NCBI RefSeq assembly: GCF_000619845.1
Contig: NZ_JHUX01000003.1
Coordinates: 248,054-280,053, forward strand
DNA length: 32,000 bases
Origin: Alkanindiges illinoisensis DSM 15370
Lineage (GTDB): Bacteria > Pseudomonadota > Gammaproteobacteria > Pseudomonadales > Moraxellaceae
Reading direction: 5' to 3'
In this document: positions 28,429 to 32,000 of the stretch, one piece after another
Position numbering within the stretch: position 1 is the stretch's first letter
How the letters are laid out: every line of letters begins with the position of its first letter
Made by a program: the position numbers and the translations under genes
The notes under the pieces: generated by a model
What the model saw: only the letters and a program-made list of their open reading frames with translations
What the model was told of the DNA's origin: nothing
Databases searched by the model: none

Positions 28429-28437
28429 ATTATAGCA
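28429..28437 (-). promoter_or_regulatory. Extended -10 promoter element upstream of folE
   Basis: The minus strand reads TGCTATAAT, about 125 nt upstream of the folE ATG. No clear -35 element was seen. Confidence 0.35.
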
Positions 28438-28539
28438 GAAAAAACCGATACCAGAAAAAGGCAAGATTAGAAAAAAGCTCAAGAGAAAATACGGTTAAGT
28501 CAGGCTGGCTTGCGCCATTTCACCAACCTGTGATTGCTA

Positions 28540-29268
28540 TTAACGTGTTTTAGGCTTTGAGGTATTGGCTTTTTCATCACTGGACTGGCGCTCGGCACGC
28601 TTGATTAATACCAGCACAGCACCTGTACCGCCTTGCTCCGATGGCGCACTGACAAAGGCCAGTACTTCGCGGTGCTGACGTAACCAGCCATTCACATAGG
28701 TTTTTAAAATGGCTTGCGGCCCTTTGCCGTGTACAATTTTAATGACATTTTCATTGGCTTGTCGTGCCATTTCAATAATTTGCAGCACGGCACTACGGGC
28801 TTCTTCAATGGTACAGCCATGCAGGTCCACCGCTTCATACCAGCGCAGTTTGCCTGTTTTTAATTGTTCAAAAATACGGTGTTGCAAGGTTGCCAGCCGA
28901 TAACTTAAAACGGCTTCACTGGCCACTGGGTTAAGCATGGCCTGCGTATCAGAAATGCCTTGCATGCCCGCTTCATCCACACCCACCGCAGCCGCCCGCC
29001 GTGCCAGAATCTGGGCACTGGGTTTCTTTGGCCTGGCAGAGGCAGGTACTGGTGTTTCATCTGTTTTTATTGGCTTAACGCCACGCATAGCCTGTGCAAA
29101 GAGTTTTTCATCATCCGGGGTTTCTTCTGGCGCCTTGCCGGATGCGCCTTTAATATTTGCAGTCTTGGCTGATGCAGTTATAGTAGTAACCGGCGCAGCT
29201 TTAAGTTGCTGCTTTAATTCCCGTAAAGCCTGTTGTGTGTCTTTATTGAGCGAGGAAGATTTAGCCAT
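28540..29268 (-). CDS. Smr-domain protein (SmrA/YdaL-like)
   Basis: C-terminal VDLHGCTIEEARSAV......IKIVHGKG...LK..V..WL is the Smr domain pattern. The start is placed at the internal ATG (29268, MAKSSSL) rather than at the ORF-track upstream Met. Confidence 0.75.
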   Translation of the reverse strand: MAKSSSLNKDTQQALRELKQQLKAAPVTTITASAKTANIKGASGKAPEETPDDEKLFAQAMRGVKPIKTDETPVPASARPKKPSAQILARRAAAVGVDEAGMQGISDTQAMLNPVASEAVLSYRLATLQHRIFEQLKTGKLRWYEAVDLHGCTIEEARSAVLQIIEMARQANENVIKIVHGKGPQAILKTYVNGWLRQHREVLAFVSAPSEQGGTGAVLVLIKRAERQSSDEKANTSKPKTR

Positions 29269-29387
29269 AATATGCCTTTTAGACCCTACAAAAAGCTGCC
29301 CCCTAATTAGCAGGCCAAACCGCAGGCAAGCCAAAAAAGGGGTCAAATGATTAAAACAGGCTATTGAACCTATCTGAATTCAGGCAA

Positions 29388-30212
29388 TCAGCTAGAACTG
29401 CTGATGGCTTTAGGCTGCCCGAATAACTGGGTTAATGCAGTGCCCGGATTGGCTTCACGCATAAAGCTTTCGCCGACCAGAAAGCTATTTACCCCATTGG
29501 CCAGCATCAGATCTACGTCATTGCGGGTTTTGATGCCGCTTTCAGTCACCAGCATACGATCACTGGGGACATATTGCTTTAGACCCAATGTAACATTCAG
29601 GCTCACGGCAAAATTTTTCAGGTTACGGTTATTAATGCCAATAATGGCAGAACTAGGCAGTTTTAAGGCACGATCCAGCTCACTGTGATTATGCACTTCA
29701 ACCAACACATCCATGCCATGTTCACGAGCCACTGAAGCCATTTCCTGCATTTGGTCATCAGACAAACATGCCGCAATCAGCAGTACACAGTCAGCTTCCA
29801 GCGCGCGGCTTTCCACAATCTGGTAAGGAGAGATCATGAAATCCTTACGTAATGCAGGCAGCTTGGTCACACTGCGTGCCAGTTTCAGGTTCTGGTCATT
29901 GCCCGCAAAAAAATCAACGTCAGTGAGCACTGACAAACAGGCAGCACCGGCTTTTTCGTACTGGACAGCAATTTCTGCTGGCTTGAAGTTTTCACGGATA
30001 ACCCCTTGTGACGGCGATGCCTTTTTGATTTCAGCAATGACTGCCGGTTTTTTGCCTTGCAATGCCTTGGCAAAACCGCGAGTGGGTGAAACACCCTTTG
30101 CACGTTGTTCCAGATCATTCAGCGAGAGTTTTTTCTCACGCAAATCAACTTCTTCACGTTTACGGGCGACAATCTTTCCAAGAATAGTGTCTTCTGTCCG
30201 TACCATATCCAT
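29388..30212 (-). CDS. trpC: Indole-3-glycerol phosphate synthase
   Basis: [56 protein letters not shown] and ESGI are the conserved IGPS blocks. Confidence 0.95.
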   Translation of the reverse strand: MDMVRTEDTILGKIVARKREEVDLREKKLSLNDLEQRAKGVSPTRGFAKALQGKKPAVIAEIKKASPSQGVIRENFKPAEIAVQYEKAGAACLSVLTDVDFFAGNDQNLKLARSVTKLPALRKDFMISPYQIVESRALEADCVLLIAACLSDDQMQEMASVAREHGMDVLVEVHNHSELDRALKLPSSAIIGINNRNLKNFAVSLNVTLGLKQYVPSDRMLVTESGIKTRNDVDLMLANGVNSFLVGESFMREANPGTALTQLFGQPKAISSSS

Positions 30213-30277
30213 TAAAGTCCTAAAATAAAGTGATCACAACAACTACAAGTCAAATGGACGCCAGCGTTCTGGCAGGG

Positions 30278-31327
30278 TTAAGTGTTGACTGATTCAGTCA
30301 GACTCTGCGTAAACTCAGCTAAAATTGACATTTTTTCTAAAGCCTGACCACCATAAATAATGTCCTGGGCAAAGCTTATTCCCTGGCCCAAATTGCGGCT
30401 TAAACCAGCCACATATATCCCGGCACCAGCATTTAGCGCAATCATACTGGCTGCTTTATCACCCAGTGATGATTTACCACGTCCCAGCGCATCCCTGATC
30501 AGCTTTAAACTCTCCTGCGAGTTTGCAACATTTAGACCAATTAGGCTCTGGCTATCAATGCCATAGTCTTCCGGAATGAATTGCCACTCACGGATTTCAT
30601 TGTCCTTTAGCTCGGCAACATGGGTGGCCTGTGCAAGGCTGATTTCATCAAGGCCATCTTTTGAATGCACAACCAGTGCATGGACTGTGCCTAGCTGACG
30701 CAGTACCTCGGCAATCGGACGGCATAATCGTTCGTTGAATACCCCAATCACCAAACGTTGTGCACCAGCAGGATTGGTCAATGGCCCGAGCAGGTTAAAC
30801 AGGGTACGCATACCCAGTTCACGGCGTGGGCCAACTGCATGACGCATGGCTGCATGATGGTTGGGCGCATATAAAAACCCTACACCAATTTCACGAATAC
30901 ATCGTTCAGTTTGGGTAACATTTAAGTCAAGTTTGATCCCGGCCTGATCCAGCAAATCAGAGCTGCCGGACTTGCTGGACACACCGCGATTACCATGCTT
31001 GGCAACATGAGCACCAGCCGCCGCCGCCACAAACGCTGAGGCAGTCGATACATTAAATAAGTGCTGGCCATCACCACCTGTGCCAACAATATCAATCAGG
31101 TGCGGCAAATCCGAAACCTGCACCGGCAACATCAGCTCACGCATCACGCTGGCGGCTGCCGTAATTTCATCAATGCTTTCACCCTTCATGCGCAGGCCAA
31201 CCAGCAGTCCGCCAATTTGTGCGCTCGTGGCTTCACCTGTCATGATCACGCGCATTACATCGCGCATTTCAGACTGGGACAGGTCAATATGACGTACCAC
31301 CTGTTCAAGGGCAGTTTGAATATCCAT
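30278..31327 (-). CDS. trpD: Anthranilate phosphoribosyltransferase
   Basis: [42 protein letters not shown] and [13 protein letters not shown] are the TrpD signatures. Confidence 0.95.
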   Translation of the reverse strand: MDIQTALEQVVRHIDLSQSEMRDVMRVIMTGEATSAQIGGLLVGLRMKGESIDEITAAASVMRELMLPVQVSDLPHLIDIVGTGGDGQHLFNVSTASAFVAAAAGAHVAKHGNRGVSSKSGSSDLLDQAGIKLDLNVTQTERCIREIGVGFLYAPNHHAAMRHAVGPRRELGMRTLFNLLGPLTNPAGAQRLVIGVFNERLCRPIAEVLRQLGTVHALVVHSKDGLDEISLAQATHVAELKDNEIREWQFIPEDYGIDSQSLIGLNVANSQESLKLIRDALGRGKSSLGDKAASMIALNAGAGIYVAGLSRNLGQGISFAQDIIYGGQALEKMSILAEFTQSLTESVNT

Positions 31328-31337
31328 TTCTTACCCC

Positions 31338-31922
31338 TTAAGCATATTCATCAATAAAGTTTTTTAATAACTGATGTCCATGTTCACTTAAAATGGATTC
31401 AGGATGGAATTGCACACCTTCGATGGGCAGGGTTTTATGACGCAGCCCCATAATTTCATCCAGTTGGCCGTTAGCATTTTGCGTCCATGCAGTGACTTCC
31501 AGACAATCGGGCAGGGTATTTTTATCCACTACTAATGAATGATACCGTGTGGCCTGATAAGGATTGGTCAAATCTTTAAAAATACCGACATTGGCATGAT
31601 ACATGGCAGACAGGCGACCATGCATCACTTCGCGGGCACGCACCACATCCCCGCCAAAGGCCTGTCCAATGGCCTGATGACCCAGACAAACACCCAGCAA
31701 TGGAATTTTACCGGCAAAATGCTGAATGGCTTGCAGTGAAATGCCAGCTTCATTGGGTGAGCAAGGGCCAGGGCCAATCACAATATATTTGGGTTGCCAT
31801 GCTTCAATTTGCTCAATGGTCACCTGATCATTACGAATTACCTTTACATCCTGCGCCAGTTCCCCAAAGTACTGGACAATGTTATAGGTAAAAGAATCAT
31901 AGTTATCGAGCATGAGAAGCAT
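31338..31922 (-). CDS. trpG: Anthranilate synthase component II / glutamine amidotransferase
   Basis: [41 protein letters not shown] (catalytic Cys) and GVQFHPES. Confidence 0.93.
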   Translation of the reverse strand: MLLMLDNYDSFTYNIVQYFGELAQDVKVIRNDQVTIEQIEAWQPKYIVIGPGPCSPNEAGISLQAIQHFAGKIPLLGVCLGHQAIGQAFGGDVVRAREVMHGRLSAMYHANVGIFKDLTNPYQATRYHSLVVDKNTLPDCLEVTAWTQNANGQLDEIMGLRHKTLPIEGVQFHPESILSEHGHQLLKNFIDEYA

Positions 31923-32000
31923 ATTAATTGCAACCTTATGAAATTAAAAGATTATTTCATTGATGGTGTTGAAGATACCCGTTAGCGTACCCGTTTGGTG

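Noticed and set aside
28501-28530. Hairpin CAGGCTGG...CCAACCTG downstream of the Smr gene, considered as its terminator.
   Set aside because: The stem needs a G-U pair and has a 14-nt loop. On the transcribed strand it is not followed directly by a U run. The evidence is too weak to list as a feature.
28303-28539. Possible THF-II/folE-motif riboswitch, or a small plus-strand gene (ORFs 28288-28470 and 28338-28553), in the folE upstream region.
   Set aside because: I could not match the leader to the riboswitch consensus from memory or fold a convincing conserved hairpin. The plus-strand ORFs have no RBS and their composition is typical of non-coding sequence. The region is kept only as a low-interest finding.
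28937-29350. A 137-aa plus-strand ORF antisense to the Smr gene. Similar antisense ORFs occur at 29836-30228 (trpC), 16674-17105 (era), 13843-14220 (lepA) and 17439-17645 (small lipoprotein).
   Set aside because: All are mirror-frame shadows of strongly supported genes and have no independent signals.
1-32000. Scan for CRISPR arrays, rRNA/tRNA genes, IS elements, integrases and long direct repeats.
   Set aside because: I saw no regularly spaced repeats, no structural RNA signatures, and no transposase or integrase motifs. This was a manual scan, so short or degenerate elements could have been missed.

Overview
The window looks like a gammaproteobacterial chromosome segment. The lepA-lepB-DUF4845-rnc-era-recO-pdxJ and trpGDC arrangements resemble Pseudomonadales/Moraxellales, but that taxon guess is weak. 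It has three parts.

(1) 1 to about 12020 is the right arm of an integrated siphovirus-like prophage. It holds a 5'-truncated tape measure gene and a tail-tip module in the order known from RcGTA g12-g15: DUF2460, DUF2163/BR0599, NlpC/P60 peptidase, J-like host-specificity protein. A 3.2 kb, more A/T-rich cassette encoding a 1043-aa fibre/depolymerase-like protein interrupts this module. After it come a holin-endolysin lysis cassette bracketed by three intrinsic terminators, and an oppositely oriented, A/T-rich orphan gene (11247-12020) beside a 418-bp A/T-rich junction.

(2) 12439-19956 is conserved housekeeping: lepA, lepB, DUF4845, rnc, era, a small lipoprotein, recO, pdxJ, miaE.

(3) 19971-22645 is a translationally coupled McrB-like/McrC-like pair with an atypical McrB architecture. 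It is followed by an L,D-transpeptidase, hemE, a membrane protein, an S51 peptidase, a frameshifted GNAT gene, folE, an Smr-domain gene and trpC-trpD-trpG.

I saw no rRNA, tRNA, CRISPR array, transposase or integrase.

The two candidates most worth follow-up are the prophage-end orphan, whose N-terminus reads like an HslV/proteasome-beta Ntn hydrolase, and the McrBC variant, whose roughly 125-aa extra domain sits inside the AAA+ module instead of at the N-terminus. All homology statements come from motif recognition by eye. No searches or computations were run.
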